Below, piece by piece: positions 38,330 to 51,911 of a stretch of DNA of 64,000 bases. The notes under the pieces are model-generated. The model was not told where the DNA came from and did no database searches. It saw nothing but the letters and a program-made list of their open reading frames with translations. Location of the stretch: the NCBI RefSeq assembly GCF_006345805.1, contig NC_043017.1, positions 10,354,001 through 10,418,000 of the forward strand. Reading direction: 5' to 3'. The first letter of the stretch is position 1; each line of letters opens with the position of its first letter. Source of the stretch: Octopus sinensis (taxonomy: Eukaryota). A program made the translations under genes and the position numbers.

Positions 38330-38700
38330 ATGGAACGCACTGAATGTTTGCTTGTTCCTACTTCAGGAGCAATTTCCTGGATTATTACACAACGGATTTC
38401 CATGAGTCTTCACTGAACCATTTCAACCAGCTTCTCGCTTTGGCTTGTGCATGGCCTACGTGAGTGTTCCTTCCTCTCCACCGAGACACAACCATCTCTC
38501 TGAAAAGGCCATACCCCTCTTTGATCCGAGTTCTGCCCATGGCATCATCACCAAAGGCCTGCTGAATCTTTTGGATGGTTTGAGTTTAACCCGGCTTCTG
38601 CCAAAACTTGACGCAATATCCCTGATTGATGTGTTCAGGAAAACAAAAATCCTACGAGCATCCACTACATGTCTTTAATCTAAGTGAAACAGCTGGGAAT
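38330..38700 (-). mobile_element. Mariner-family transposase N-terminal remnant (HTH region) with a probable decayed left end
   Basis: Across a frameshift: QGYCVKFWQKPG*TQTIQKIQQAFGDDAMGRTRIKEGYGLF / RDGCVSVERKEHSRRPCTSQSEKLVEMVQ*RLMEIRCVIIQEIAPEVGTSKHSVRSIL. Confidence 0.88.
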
Positions 38701-38712
38701 AGATGTGACCTA

Positions 38713-39106
38713 CTCTTTTACTCTTTTACTTGTTTCAGTCATTTGACTGCGGCCATGCTGGAGCACCGCCTTTAATCGAGCAACTCGACCCCGGGACTTA
38801 TTCTTTTGTAAGCCCAGTACTTATTCTATCGGTCTCTTTTGCCAAACTGCTAAGTAACGTGGACATAAACACACCAGCATCGGTTGTCAAGCAATGCTAG
38901 GGGGACAAACACAAACACACACACGCATATATAAATATATATACGACGAGCTTCTTTCAGTTTCCGTCTACCAAATCCACTCACAAGGCTTTGGTCAGCC
39001 CGAGGTTATAGTAGAAGACACTTGCCCAAGGTGCCACGCAGTGGGACTGAACCCGGAACCATGTGGTTGGTAAACAATCTACTTACCACACAGCCACTCC
39101 TGCGCC
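38713..39106 (-). mobile_element. Family A SINE, full length
   Basis: Complete head to tail. Confidence 0.95.
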
Positions 39107-39562
39107 TGGTGCAAAAATTTTCATACATGTGCAGGAAGGGTGGCGTTTGCTCCCACCCAAAGGATTTTACCCATGTGCCATCAGTTTTGGATTTTTTTTA
39201 AAGTACCTGATACATGGATGTACGCAGTGGAGTAAGGACTTGGGCAGCAAAGTCGTGTGTAAGAGCACCTCTGTGTGAGCAAACTTGTATGAATGCATGT
39301 ATGTGTTAATGTGTATGCGTGTGTGTTAAGGTGAGTCTCCACATGAGCTTATGTATGTGTGTGATTGTGTGTAAGCTTAGTGTTAGTATCTGCACTCAAG
39401 TGTATGTTGGTATGCATGTGTTAGCATGTGTGTTACTTTGCTTTCCACCCTTTTAGTGGTGGGGGTCGACAAAATACCAGTTGAGCACTGGGAGTTAAAG
39501 TAATCAACTAATGCCAGTTTTGAGCCTAAATTAGAAATCATTATTATTATTATTATTATTAC

Positions 39563-39852
39563 TGTTCGTGGCCATTGCCAGCCTCGCCTGGCCCCCGTGC
39601 CGGTGGCACGTAAAAAGCACCATCCAATCGTGGCCGTTTGCCAGCCTCGTCTGGTACCTGTGTCGGTGGCACATAAAAAGCACCCACTACACTCATGGAA
39701 TGGTTGGCGTTAGGAAGGGCATCCAGCCGTAGAAACATTGCCAAATCAGACTGGGCCTGGTGCAGCCTTCTGGCTTCCCAGACCCCAGTTGAACCGTCCA
39801 ACCCATGCTAGTATGGAAAGTGGACGCTAAACGATGATGATGATGATGATGA
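39563..39852 (+). mobile_element. Family C (RTE 3' UTR) copy inside (ATT)n
   Basis: As the other family C copies. Confidence 0.92.
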
Positions 39853-39861
39853 TAATGATTA

Positions 39862-39899
<38 letters not shown>

Positions 39900-40294
39900 A
39901 TAATTATTATCATTTTTTAAGGTGGTGAGCCGACAGAATCATCAGTATGTTGGACAAAAATGCTTCCAGACATTTCTTCCGACTCTCTCTGTTTTGAGTT
40001 CAACATCCGACAAGGTCAGTGCCCCCTTTTGTCTTTTTAGGGTCAATGAAACAAGTACTAGTTGGAACACAAGGCTTAATATAACAGATAAACCCCTATT
40101 CCCCTAAGATTGCTGGCCTTGTGCCAAAAGTAGAAACTATTATTATTATCACAGTTCAGGTTTTTTTTTAGTTTTAGCATACATGTATACGTGTGCAAAT
40201 ATACATATGTATACACACACAAATACATATGTATATATAAGCATATATATGTATGTATAAGCATTGTATATTTGTACCTAAGCTGAATAATAAC

Positions 40295-40350
<56 letters not shown>

Positions 40351-40794
40351 TAATAAGCTTGTTACAATGTGAAGTGCTTTTCCCTGAGAAATAAGCGAAG
40401 ACAAAAATAATCTTTTATTTCTTCACTCTTTTCTGTTCTCTTTGCATAATATTCCAACTCAGTCTCATGGGTCCTATTCATAAGAAAGTAGGTTACTTCA
40501 CGGCATGAGTTAGACTGTGATCTTCTTTGGTCTGGATGGACCACATGCAGATCTTCGAGGGCAGCCCAGACTACACAGTTGTGAACGAAGGTATGGACGT
40601 AAGAGGAGGTCTTGACACGAACTCCACACTGTTGCAAGAGCAATACAAAACAAAGTCCGCTACTTCATCTCATTAGCTTGTTGCTCGTTAAATGGTAGAT
40701 TAAACAAGTACCAGTAATATACTGGACATGAATGAAGTTAGATTATATCTGTGTGATAATAAGAAACCATCACTATAAATCATAATAACGATGA

Positions 40795-41217
40795 TGATGT
40801 TTAGTATAGGCACATGGCCTGAAACTTTGGGGGAGGGGGCTAGTCAATTACATCAACCCCAGTGCATAACAGGTACTTATTTCATCAACCCCGAAAAGAG
40901 GAAAGGCAAAGTCAATCTTGGTGGGATTTAAACAGAGTGTATACAGATGAAATGCTGCCAAGCACTTTGCCTGGCACACTAACCATTCTGCCACCTTGCC
41001 ACTTTAATAATAATCCTTTCTACTAAAGATACAAGGCTTGAAATTTGGGGGGGGGGAGGGAACTAGTCGATTACATTGACCCCAGTATTTCCTGGTACCT
41101 AATTTATCGAACCTGAAAGGCGAAGTTGACCTCAGCAGAATTTGAACTTAGAATGTACAGACTGATGAAAAAATGCCCTAAGCATTTTGCTAACGAGTCT
41201 GCCGGCTCACCACTTTA

Positions 41218-41250
<33 letters not shown>

Positions 41251-41930
41251 CCTTTCTTCTAGAGCACAAGGCCTGAAATTTTGAAGGAGTGGGACTTGTC
41301 GATTACATCAACCCCAGTGCGTAACTGGTACTTAGTTTATCGACCCTGAAAGGATGAAAGGCAAAGTCGACCTCAGCAGAATTTGAACTCAGAACACAGC
41401 AGCAGACAAAATACAGCTAAACATTTAATCCAGCATGCTAACAAATCTGCCAGCTCACCACCTTAAATAACAACAACAACAATAATAATAATCTTTTCTA
41501 CTCTAGGTACAAGGCCTGAAATTTTGGAGGGAGTGGGGCAGGTTGATTACATCAACCAGAGAACTTGACCGGTTAACTTTGCCTTTCATCCTTTTGGGAT
41601 CAATAAAAATTAAGTACCAGTTGAACACTAGAGTCGATTACATCGCCTAGTCCCTCCCCCAAAATGGCTGCCCTTGTGGCAAAAATTTGAAACCATTATT
41701 ATTATTATTACTGCAGCAAACTGGCAGAGTCGTTAGCACACTGGACGAAATGCTTAGCAGCATTTCGCCCATCCTTACGTTCTGAGTTCAAATTCCGTAG
41801 AGGTTCACTTTTGCGGTTGATAAATTAAGTATCATTTCCACCCTGGGGTTGATGTAATCAACTTCCCTGTTCCAGAAAATTGCTGGCTTTGTGCTAAAAT
41901 TTGAATTCATCATCATCATCATCATCATTA

Positions 41931-41960
<30 letters not shown>
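40795..41960. mobile_element. Cluster of about six family B2 SINEs joined through (AAT)n tails; orientation switches near 41570
   Basis: Repeated aataataatcctttct...aggcctgaaattt...gattacatcaaccccagt...ggcaaagtc units, then plus-strand copies from ~41573. Confidence 0.85.
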
Positions 41961-41961
<1 letters not shown>

Positions 41962-42019
41962 TGTAGTAGTAGTAGTATTCCTATCTTAGTATAGGTTTCT
42001 TAGAACAGAGATGACTGTG

Positions 42020-42500
42020 GTGGTTGTGGATTACACTACAACTACTACTACTACTACCATTACAACCATCATCAATACCACCACCACCACCACCACAACC
42101 ACTACATAACTGTAACCACTACCATCACCACTACTGCTGCTACTACTTCTACCACTACTATTGTCACCACCCTACTAAATTAGCCAACATCAACACTACT
42201 ACAGCTGCTACTGTATTACTACTACAACAGATACCATTACAAGCACCATCACTATTAGCACTACTGCTGCTTCTACTACTACTACAACTACCACCTGCTC
42301 TGTTACCACCATACCAAACCAACATCACCAGTTACTACTACTACTACTACAACTGCAATTATTACAATCATCATCACTATTACCACCATTGTTGCTGCTG
42401 CTGCTGCTGTCATTACCATCACCACCACCACCACCACTACCACCACCACCACCACTACCACCACCACCACCACCACCAGCCATCCAACCAACCAACCAGC
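42020..42500. repeat. Degenerate (ACT/ACC)n array
   Basis: Direct inspection. Confidence 0.9.
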
Positions 42501-42619
42501 CAGCCACCAGTAGAGCCAGGCTTAGTGAACATGAGGTGTTGCCTCAGGATATTGCTACTTATCGTGCAATAACTGGATTAATCACAAAGTACAGTATTAA
42601 ACTAGTCTTAATCTCTCTC

Positions 42620-42658
<39 letters not shown>

Positions 42659-42715
42659 CAGAAAGTACTGAGGCTTTTCTTTCTTTTTTCACAACTACTC
42701 ACTGTTAGCTTACTT

Positions 42716-43220
42716 CATCTGCTAGAAATGGCAGTCAAAATTACCCTCAGATCCACACAATCACCTTTTAGATTTTCTTGTTTTTTTTTTCTTTTAAACA
42801 TGGTACCTGTTGGATAATAGGGTCCAAGAACAAGGGTCAGTGACCTTCTTATAGCACTGACCCCTTAAGGGAATTATCAAAAATTTTCTAACTGCTTTCA
42901 TGTTAAGTTCTAAAATAATTTTTTTTTCAAATGATAAAAAAATTTCTTGATTTCAAAACAGTAATTCATCTGCTAGAAATAGCAGTCAAAATTACCCTCA
43001 GATCTACACAATCACCTTTTAGATTTTCTTGTTTTTTTTTTTTCTTTTAAACATGGTACCTGTTGGATAATAGGGTCCTAGAACATGGGTCAGTGACCTT
43101 CTTATAGCACTGACCCCTTAAGGGAATTATCAAAAAATTACAAACTGCTTTCATGTTAAGTTCTAAAATAAAATTTTTTAAAAATGATAAAAAAATTTCT
43201 TGATTTCAAAACAGTAATTC
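42716..43220. repeat. ~250-bp tandem duplication with diverged copies
   Basis: catctgctagaaatrgcagtcaaaattaccctc...cagtaattc twice, with several substitutions; internal hairpin gggtcagtg...cactgaccc. Confidence 0.92.
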
Positions 43221-43370
43221 TTTCATTCTTTTGTGTCATTACTGTTTGAAATATTTTAAGAAATTTAATTTTAAAAAATGCTTAATGAAGTTGATAAAGA
43301 ACAATAATAACAATTCAGTCATATTATATTAATATAGTCAGAATATTCAAAGTGAGACACATGATTATTC

Positions 43371-43559
43371 TCTTACTTGTTTTAGCTATTTGACTGTGAC
43401 CATACTGGAGCACCACCTTTAGTCGAACAAAGGACTTATTCGTTGTAAGCTTAGTACTTATTCTATCAGTCTCTTTTGCCGAACCACTAAGTTATGGGGA
43501 TGTAAACACACCAACATCAGTGTCAAGCAATGGTGGGGGAGGGTCAAACACAGACACAG

Positions 43560-43592
<33 letters not shown>

Positions 43593-43755
43593 CGATGGGC
43601 TTCGTTCAGTTTCCATCTGCCAAATCCACTCACAAGGCTTTGGCTGGCTCAAGGCTATAGTAGAAGACACTTGCCCAAGGTGCCACGCAGTGGGACTGAA
43701 CCTGGAACCATGTGGTTGGGAAGCAATCTTCTTGCCACACAGCCACGCCTTGCAC
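43371..43755 (-). mobile_element. Family A SINE
   Basis: Colinear, near full length. Confidence 0.92.
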
Positions 43756-44864
43756 CTATTGGTGGATATTAAGTTAATATTGCATCAATATTTGGCTGGA
43801 AATTAGTAAAACGCCTGAAATTATCCATGCTCTTCCAGATTTAGTTTGCTGAGAGTTCAGCAGCCTCAATGATCAAAATCCTTTTAGGTGTTTATTAACT
43901 TCTTGATAGCCTCAAAGACCCCTAGGGGTCAGTACTGACAAATTTGTCAACCCTTGCTCTATGGAGATTTTGGTAGCCCTTCTACTCAAATTAACCATCT
44001 CAAATCGTTTCTGAAACTCTTTTAGGTTTAGACTTAATCCACAGCTTGATTCAACCCCACCACCTGGCCCTTAAGTACCTAAGAGACTGTGATTTTTTTT
44101 TGTTTTTGTTCTTGTTTTGCAAGCATTCAGGTTTCATCTCAGATTTGAGAGTAAATTTCTCCCACCAATTACAGAGGCCCTGAAAAGAGGGTCTGGAGAC
44201 ATCCATTCTTTCTCTTTTCCCAAATTCACTTCCCTGATAATAGTTCAGCACCATTAATGTTCAAAATTGCTTCAGATGTTTATTGACCCCTTTGGGTAGC
44301 CACAAAAACCCTCACCAGGAGTACTTTACTAATCGCTGTCCAAAGTAAACTAAACCTACAATTGAAAAAGTTAAGCAAGACACGAATGCTTTTAGTCAGA
44401 GGACTGCTTGGTAGGGGTTGACCTAGAACATCAACAACGGTGGTGATTGTTGTGATGAGGGTGGTGCTAACTGTGTTGGCCATCATCATCATCATCATCA
44501 TCATCATTTCTTTCACATCTTCTTTTACCATGCCAGTATGGGTTAGATGAGACTCCTTGAAGCAACATTCTATGGCCAGGTGCCTTTCCTGATGCCAGAC
44601 TCATCCTCGTATGAATGTGGCATCAGGAAAGTTTTTAATACTGTACACCTATAAAAGATTCGATCTCAGGATGAACAGCATACTTAATTAGGCTTTCAAT
44701 ATGATACACAGAGTACTACTTTGAACTAAAACTATTTCTGTTGCATATATTGTGTGTATATATATATATATATAATTAAATTGGTATTATATACTATATA
44801 TATATATGAATTTGTAATGGAAAAATATCCATTATATAATATATTAATAAATTTAAACTATTAG

Positions 44865-44909
<45 letters not shown>

Positions 44910-45556
44910 ATAATATATTTGAGATAAAGAGAAAAAAGAATATAGATGGTAACGTATGTCTATCATCCAGAGTAGGAAAAAAACTAAGATACAATCACAC
45001 GTGTGTGCACACGCATACATACACATACTTAGACATGTGCACATACATACCACACACACACACATACACTGCCATTTGCAGCCATGTACACATGTTCAAG
45101 TAACCATGGTAGCAAAAAATGGTTTTGAAACATGATGATGATGATGATGATGCTGACGAAGGAAGATGAGATGGAACAGGAAGAAGAAAACAAGAACAAA
45201 ATAAGGGGGAGGAGAAAGAGGAAGGTGAAGATGGGGAGGTAGGAGGTTGGGACCTGATGGAATTTCAAAATGGCAGAGAGACAAACACGGTCATTACCAT
45301 AATTAAATTGACCAGCAACCTAACGAGAAAGTAATGAGTGCACTAGGAGTACACAGTGAGTAATGAAGAGTACGTTTTAAGAGTACTTGTTGAGGACTGG
45401 AATTTGTAAAACTGAAGAAATGGTGAAGCACAGAGGGTGATATGGAAGAATGGCGTTACGAAGAAACGGACACAGAAATAGGCTTTCATTGATTGTCATC
45501 AAGGAATTAGAATTGGGGAGATAATAATAATTTCAGGATGGTCGTTTTTTAATTCA

Positions 45557-45840
45557 TTTTTTACCAAACAAACACACTCTCTATATGTCCGTCCTCCACT
45601 TGTCTATTGCTGTTCTCATTTTAATTTATGTCCATTGTCTGGAAATCTTTTGTCACACCATAGAAGAAGAACAGAAGGGACAAAGTGGAGCAAGAGCACA
45701 CACAAGGATGGAAGGTGTTGCTGAAGAGGTCACAGATGTGTGATGAAAGATTTCCGGACAATGGACATGAGTTAGAATAAGAACAGTAATATACAAGTGA
45801 AAAACAAATACATAGTGTGTGTGTTTATTTGTGTAAAAAA
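45557..45840. repeat. Old foldback/MITE-like element, arms >=62 bp (probably ~100 bp), ~80-nt spacer
   Basis: 45597-45658 pairs with 45738-45799 without gaps (coordinate sum 91396). Confidence 0.87.
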
Positions 45841-45934
45841 AACCCAAAAAAACAAAGGCCGTTCCAAAATACCACAATATTTGTTTCAACACACGGTTCC
45901 ACATCAGGAGTCTTGCAATACAAATTGATAAACG

Positions 45935-46305
45935 GTAATAATAATCCTTTCTATTATTGTCAGAAGGACATGAAGTTTTGAGTAAGGGGACAAGCTGATT
46001 GCTTCAACCCCCAAAAAGGACAAAAGATGAAATCAACCATGGTGGTATTTGAACTCACAATGTAAAGAACCAAATGAAATACTGCTGAGCAATTTCTTTG
46101 ATTCACTTATGACTGAGGCAGCTTTATGCCTTAACAACAACAACAACAATAATGGTTTCAAATTTTGGCACAAGGCCAGCAATTTCAGGGAGCGGATTGA
46201 GTCGATTACATCAACCCTTGTGCTCAACTCGTACTTATTTTATTGACCCCGAAAGGATGGAAGACAGAGTCGACCTCGGCAGGATTTGAACTCAGAACAT
46301 TAAGT
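45935..46305 (-). mobile_element. Two diverged family B2 SINE copies
   Basis: gattacatcaacccttgtgc...gaccccgaaaggatgg...tttgaactcagaac. Confidence 0.75.
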
Positions 46306-46309
46306 CAGA

Positions 46310-46838
46310 GGTGATGGTGATGAGGAGTTGTTGATAGTGATGAGGGGTTGTCGATAGTGATGATGATAATGAGGACGATGATGTTCATAATAGTAGTGAT
46401 GGTGATAGTGATGAGAACAGTAGAGGTGGTGGTAGTAGTGATGGTAATGTTAGACATAAGGAGGGGTACCTATGGTGATGATGATGATTAAGGTGAGGGT
46501 GAGGGTGAAGTTGATAGTGATGGCGGTGGTGTAGGTGACAGTGATTAAGTAGTATTGATGATAATGATGATGATGATGATGGTGGCAGTGTGGGTAATGT
46601 GATAGTAGTACTAGTGGTTGTTCAGATGATGAAAGAGTTAGGGAAGGTTAATAATGAGGACTTAATTACTATGATTGTGGGATTGGAAATGATGTCGATG
46701 ATGAAAATGCTATAATTAAAGTGACGGTGAAGATGATGATGATGATGGGAATAATGATGATGATGATGATGATAGTCACGATGATCAAGATTCTGAGGAT
46801 GATGACAGTTACGATGGCTATGATGATGATGATGGTGT

Positions 46839-46875
<37 letters not shown>

Positions 46876-46983
46876 AGTCACGATGATCAAGATTCTGAAG
46901 ATGATGACAGTTACGATGGCTACGATGATGATAGTGTTATGGTGGTAGTAATAGTGATGATGATGATGATGATGATGATGGTG

Positions 46984-47014
<31 letters not shown>

Positions 47015-47215
47015 TGGTGTTGATGATGATGATGATGATGATGATGGTGTTGATGATAACGAAGCGGGGAATGGATGATGATAAGTTAACAACAATGATG
47101 ACAGCAACGATGATGGCAATGATGATGATGATGATTCTGATGACAACAACACTGACGATGATTATGATGATGATGATGACAACGATGATGATGATGATGA
47201 TGATGATGCTGTTGA
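46310..47215. repeat. Degenerate (GAT)n array with a ~105-bp internal duplication
   Basis: atagtcacgatgatcaagattctgargatgatgacagttacgatggcta occurs twice. Confidence 0.9.
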
Positions 47216-47527
47216 TGAGATACCTTACAAGAGAGCGGAGAATGACGTAATGACGAGTATATTATGAAGTCACTGTAAAGGTTTCCAGTTGACGTTTCCA
47301 TAATCAAGCCAAGCAATTTAATGAAGTAGCAGCCGCGCGTGTGCATGTGCGTGTGCACACGTGTGTGCTAATGTGTGCGTGTGTGTGTGTGTGGGGGGGG
47401 TTCAGATGTCTGCGTGCATTGGTTCGTATGCGTGTCTGTGCTGCCTTGCGTATGTGTATACATGTGTGCATCCATGTCTGCGTATGAGTGTTTACATGTC
47501 TGCACGCCCATGACTGTGCACGTACGA

Positions 47528-47568
<41 letters not shown>

Positions 47569-47704
47569 AGTGTATGTCAATGCGTGTGTATTTGTGTTTG
47601 CATGTATTACTGTGTCAGAATATACGTGTGTGTGTGTGTGTGTGTGTGTGGTCATAGACACACTAAATGAAATCATTAAGTCACGGCGGTAAGCAAAGGT
47701 AAAC

Positions 47705-48000
47705 AAGGTGATTGAGATGATGATGATGATGACAGCACTGGTTGCAATGGTGATGCTGACAATGATGATGATGATGCCGAAGATGATGATGGTGGCAACA
47801 ATGGTATTTGTGATAATGACAACAATGTCGACAATGGTAACGACGATGCCGATGATGATGATGATGATGACAATGATCGTGGTTGTGATGATGGTAACAA
47901 CGATGCTGATGATGATGACGATGATGATGTGGTTGTGATGATGACAACATCGATGATGGTAACAAAGATGCTGATGATGATGATGATGATGATGATGTCA
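47705..48000. repeat. Degenerate (GAT)n array
   Basis: Direct inspection. Confidence 0.88.
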
Positions 48001-48356
48001 ATAATAAAGAAAACGAAGGAAGAGAAGAGACAGAAGCATCCAAAAGCAGAAATCCCCACATCCCAAAACTCATGCTGTATCAGAACTCCGGTAATAATTA
48101 ACATCAGCCGGTGAGTGTTGTACCAATATGCAAATAAGTTAGCGTGTCGTTCACAATCTTGTTTATCCATAAATAGCTAAATAGCTTCCTGCCACCATCC
48201 TTCGGCATCTTGCAAAGGGGAGATAAGCAAATCCTGACGTCTGTTATGGAATTTAAAACCAATCATTTTGATTCTTGTTCTAAGCTATTAAGAAACCCTC
48301 CAGGTTAAACCCCAAAGCTTTCATTTAACAGCGAATCTACAAACATTGTGTGTTAA

Positions 48357-48578
48357 CCCTTTCATTACCGTATTTATTTTGAGATGCTCTGTGTTTCTTT
48401 CAATTGATTTTAAATATATCAAAGAATTTAGTAAAATAACTTAGTTACCATTCAGCTAACGTTAGGAACATAAATTGTGACTAAGGTTTGGTTGAAGATT
48501 TTAATTCAAAACTTATGAAAACAAGACATTTGTACCACAGAGCTAAAGCCAGTTTCAACCGGGTTGGTAACAAAAGGG
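48357..48578. mobile_element. 222-bp piggyBac-type MITE
   Basis: TTAA|ccctttcattacc ... ggtaacaaaaggg|TTAA. Confidence 0.88.
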
Positions 48579-48589
48579 TTAAGAGAAGG

Positions 48590-49000
48590 ATGGGAGGGGG
48601 TGCTGGTCAATTACACTGACCCCAGTGTTCAACTGGTACATATTTCATCAAACTCCAAAAGGATGAGAAGCAAAGCCAACTCCACAAGAATTTGAGTTCA
48701 GAATACAGAAAGCCAGAAGAGAATGCTACTAAACATTTGGTCTAATGCAGCAATAATTCTACCAGCTCGGTACCACCACCACCACCATCACCATAATAAT
48801 AATAATAATAATAATAATAATAGTAATTCTTTCTAATTTCAGTCAGTAATTTGGAAGGAAACCTTTGGGGGAAGCAAGCTGATTTCAACGAACCCAATGC
48901 TTAACTGGTACTTATTTCATCAACTCCCACTCCCAACCCCACCCCAAAAGGATGAAAGACAAAGTCAACCTCGGGTGGAATTTGAACTCAGGAATATATG
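48590..49000 (-). mobile_element. Diverged family B2 SINE copies
   Basis: Two decayed gaccccagtgttcaactggtac...aaaggatga...aagtcaac blocks. Confidence 0.7.
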
Positions 49001-49293
49001 AAGTATATATATGTTGAAAAGTTCCTGGCTTTAAGGGGATTGCGAAAGGCCTGGCTGGAAACTCAACCTGCCGAGTTCTTTTAAAGGGCTTAGAAAAAAA
49101 CTGAAGGACTGCTGCAAAAAGTATGTGAATCTGAGAGAGGAATATGTTGAATAAAATAACAATAAACTGATTCTCCAGAAATTTCGTCTGCCAGGAACTT
49201 TCCAGCACCCCACTCAAACAGAGTTACATGAAATGCCGCCAAAAGCATTTTGTCCAACGCACCAGTCATTCTGCCAGTATGATCAACAAGATA

Positions 49294-49646
49294 GGCGCAG
49301 GAGTGGCTGTGTGGTAAGTAGCTTGTTTACCAACCACATGGTTCTGGGTTCAGTCCCAATGCGTGGCACCTTGGGCAAGTGTCTTCTACTATAGCCTCGG
49401 GCCGACCAAAGCCTTGTGAGTGGATTTGGTAGACGGAAACTGAAAGAAGCCCATTGTATATATGTATATATATATATATGCGTGTGTGTGTGTTTGTGTG
49501 TCTGTGTAGCTTGTTTACCAACCACATGGTTCCGGGTTCAGTCCCACTGCGTGGCACCTTGGGCAAGTGTCTTCTACTATAGCCTCGGGCCGACCAAAGC
49601 CTTGTGAGTGGATTTAGTAGACGGAAACTGAAAGAAGCCCGTCATA

Positions 49647-49684
<38 letters not shown>

Positions 49685-49899
49685 TGTGTGTGTTTCTGTG
49701 TCTGTCCCCCTAGCATTGCTTGACAAGCTATGCTGGTGTGTTTATGTCCACGTTACTTAGCAGTTCGGCAAAAGAGACCGATAGAATAAGTACTGGGCTT
49801 ACAAAAGAATAAGTCCGGGGTCGAGTTTGCTCGATTAAAGGCAGTGCTCCAGCATGGCCGCAGTCAAATGACTGAAACAAGTAAAAGAGTAAAAGAGTA
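49294..49899 (+). mobile_element. Composite family A SINE with a duplicated 5' half
   Basis: gcttgtttaccaaccacatgg...(ta)n...gtgtctgt occurs at 49321 and 49509 with several substitutions. Confidence 0.92.
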
Positions 49900-50499
49900 A
49901 GATATGAAAATGCGTACATGTATTGCAGGAGCATAGCCATTATTCAAAACATGTAGGAAAAAAAACCCAAACAACTTTAAAGATAATAAAATCTGAAGAA
50001 TATGAAGAAGAAACGGTAAGAAGTCAAAGAGAAAGATGAAGGTATTTGGTGGTGGGGAGGGGGGATTTTTATGGTTTCAGCTCGTAGACAAAAGAAGCAG
50101 AGTGAGAGAGATGGGGGGCATTTTATGCTTCTTCATAAGTTTATGATGATTTTTAGGGAAATGAAAACAGAAGAATGCTTTTTTTGTTTTTTTCTTTTGT
50201 TCTCCAGAGTGGGAAATGGGAAGGGGGTGTGGAATTGTTCCTGGATTTTGTAAATTTTTAGGGTATTTTGTGTGTTCTTTTTTACTGTTTCTTTAAGCTC
50301 ACTGAGAGAGAGAGAGAGAGAGAGAGAACGAGAGAGAGAACGAGAAAGAGAGCGAGAGAGAGAGAAAGAGAGGGAGACAGAGACAGACAAACAACAACTA
50401 GAGTGAGTTCCATCCTCAGAATTATTTTAGCAATGTTGGCACAAAGACTGAAAGAGGAAGGAAGACATTTAAGATGGAATTAGAAAAAGAGAAGGAATG

Positions 50500-51029
50500 A
50501 TATGAATGAGAGTGAGAGAGAGAGAGAGAGAGAGGGGGGAATAAGAAAGGATGATACTAAAAGATAGAGAGAGAAGTGATGGAGAGGGAGAGAGACAGAA
50601 ACTAAGAGGAGGAAAAGACAGAGAGAGAGAGAGAGAAAGGGAGAGAAAGAAGAAAGTTGAAAAAGAGAGACTTTGAAAGACAGAGAAGATGTTGAGAGTA
50701 AGTGGTCAGAATTGAGAAGGAGAGAAGGGCATAGAGAGAGAGGGGGGAGAGAGAGAAAGAGGGAGAGAGAGAAAGAGGGGGAGAGAGAGAAAGAGTAAGA
50801 GAGAGAGAGAGAGAAAGAGGGAGAGAGAGAGAAAGAGGGAGAGAGAGAAAGAGGGAGAGAAAGAAAGAAGGAGAGAGAGAGGAAGAGGGAGAGAGAGGAG
50901 AGAGAAAAAGGGAGAGAGAGAGAAAGAGGGAGAGAGAGAGGAGAGAGAAAATGGAGAGAGAAAGAAAACCTGAGAGAAAGAATTAAGCTGACAGGAGTAA
51001 GAGGGAGAAGGAAGGAAAGACCAGAGAGT

Positions 51030-51065
<36 letters not shown>

Positions 51066-51110
51066 AGAAGTAGAATGAAAGAGAGAATCAGAGAAAGAGA
51101 GAGAGTGTGA
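50500..51110. repeat. (GA)n polypurine tract
   Basis: Direct inspection. Confidence 0.93.
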
Positions 51111-51449
51111 GATGAGGAAGATAAATATTTGGACAGTGCAAAATGGCATAAAAAGAAGAGGCAGCACCTGACTAAGCAACAGAGCAGCAGCAGCGGTGTC
51201 GGCGGTGGTGGCGGTGGTAGCATCCACAGGTGGTGCAGGGTGTGGGTGATGCACGACGACGACGACAATGATGCGCTGATAGGTAGACACATGCACACTC
51301 ACGTGGGTGCTGCTGCTGTTGTGGTGGTGGTAATTAAAGTGAGCACCACTTGAGGAGGTGGACACAGATATATATATATTTGCATGTCTGTACAAATGTG
51401 CGACTGAGTATGTGTGTGTGTGCATGTGCGTATATTATAATATATATAC

Positions 51450-51495
<46 letters not shown>

Positions 51496-51575
51496 ATATA
51501 TATATATAATATATATATATATATGTATATATTATATTATATATATATGTATATAATTATATATGTATATAATTA

Positions 51576-51612
<37 letters not shown>

Positions 51613-51699
51613 AGAATTACATATATATATATGTATATATACACATACATGTATGTGTGTGAATATATATATATATACATGTATGTGTATGTGTATGTG

Positions 51700-51735
<36 letters not shown>

Positions 51736-51866
51736 TGTGTATATATATATATATAATCAGCCGAAATTGCGAGGATGATCCGGTTCTTGACTGAAGATTA
51801 GAGGCTTCGAATGACCCATCCGTTTTTGTGTCGTCTATTTGAGTGTTTTGCATTCTTGTCCCATTT

Positions 51867-51911
<45 letters not shown>

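Noticed and set aside
38367-38459. Apparent plus-strand exon (ttcag|...|gtgagt) and ORF 38445..38678
   Set aside because: Fully explained as the antisense of a mariner transposase remnant; exonisation is not excluded but unsupported.
47705-48116. Asp-rich frame followed by a gtgagt donor
   Set aside because: Degenerate (GAT)n array with a frameshift and stops; no acceptor.
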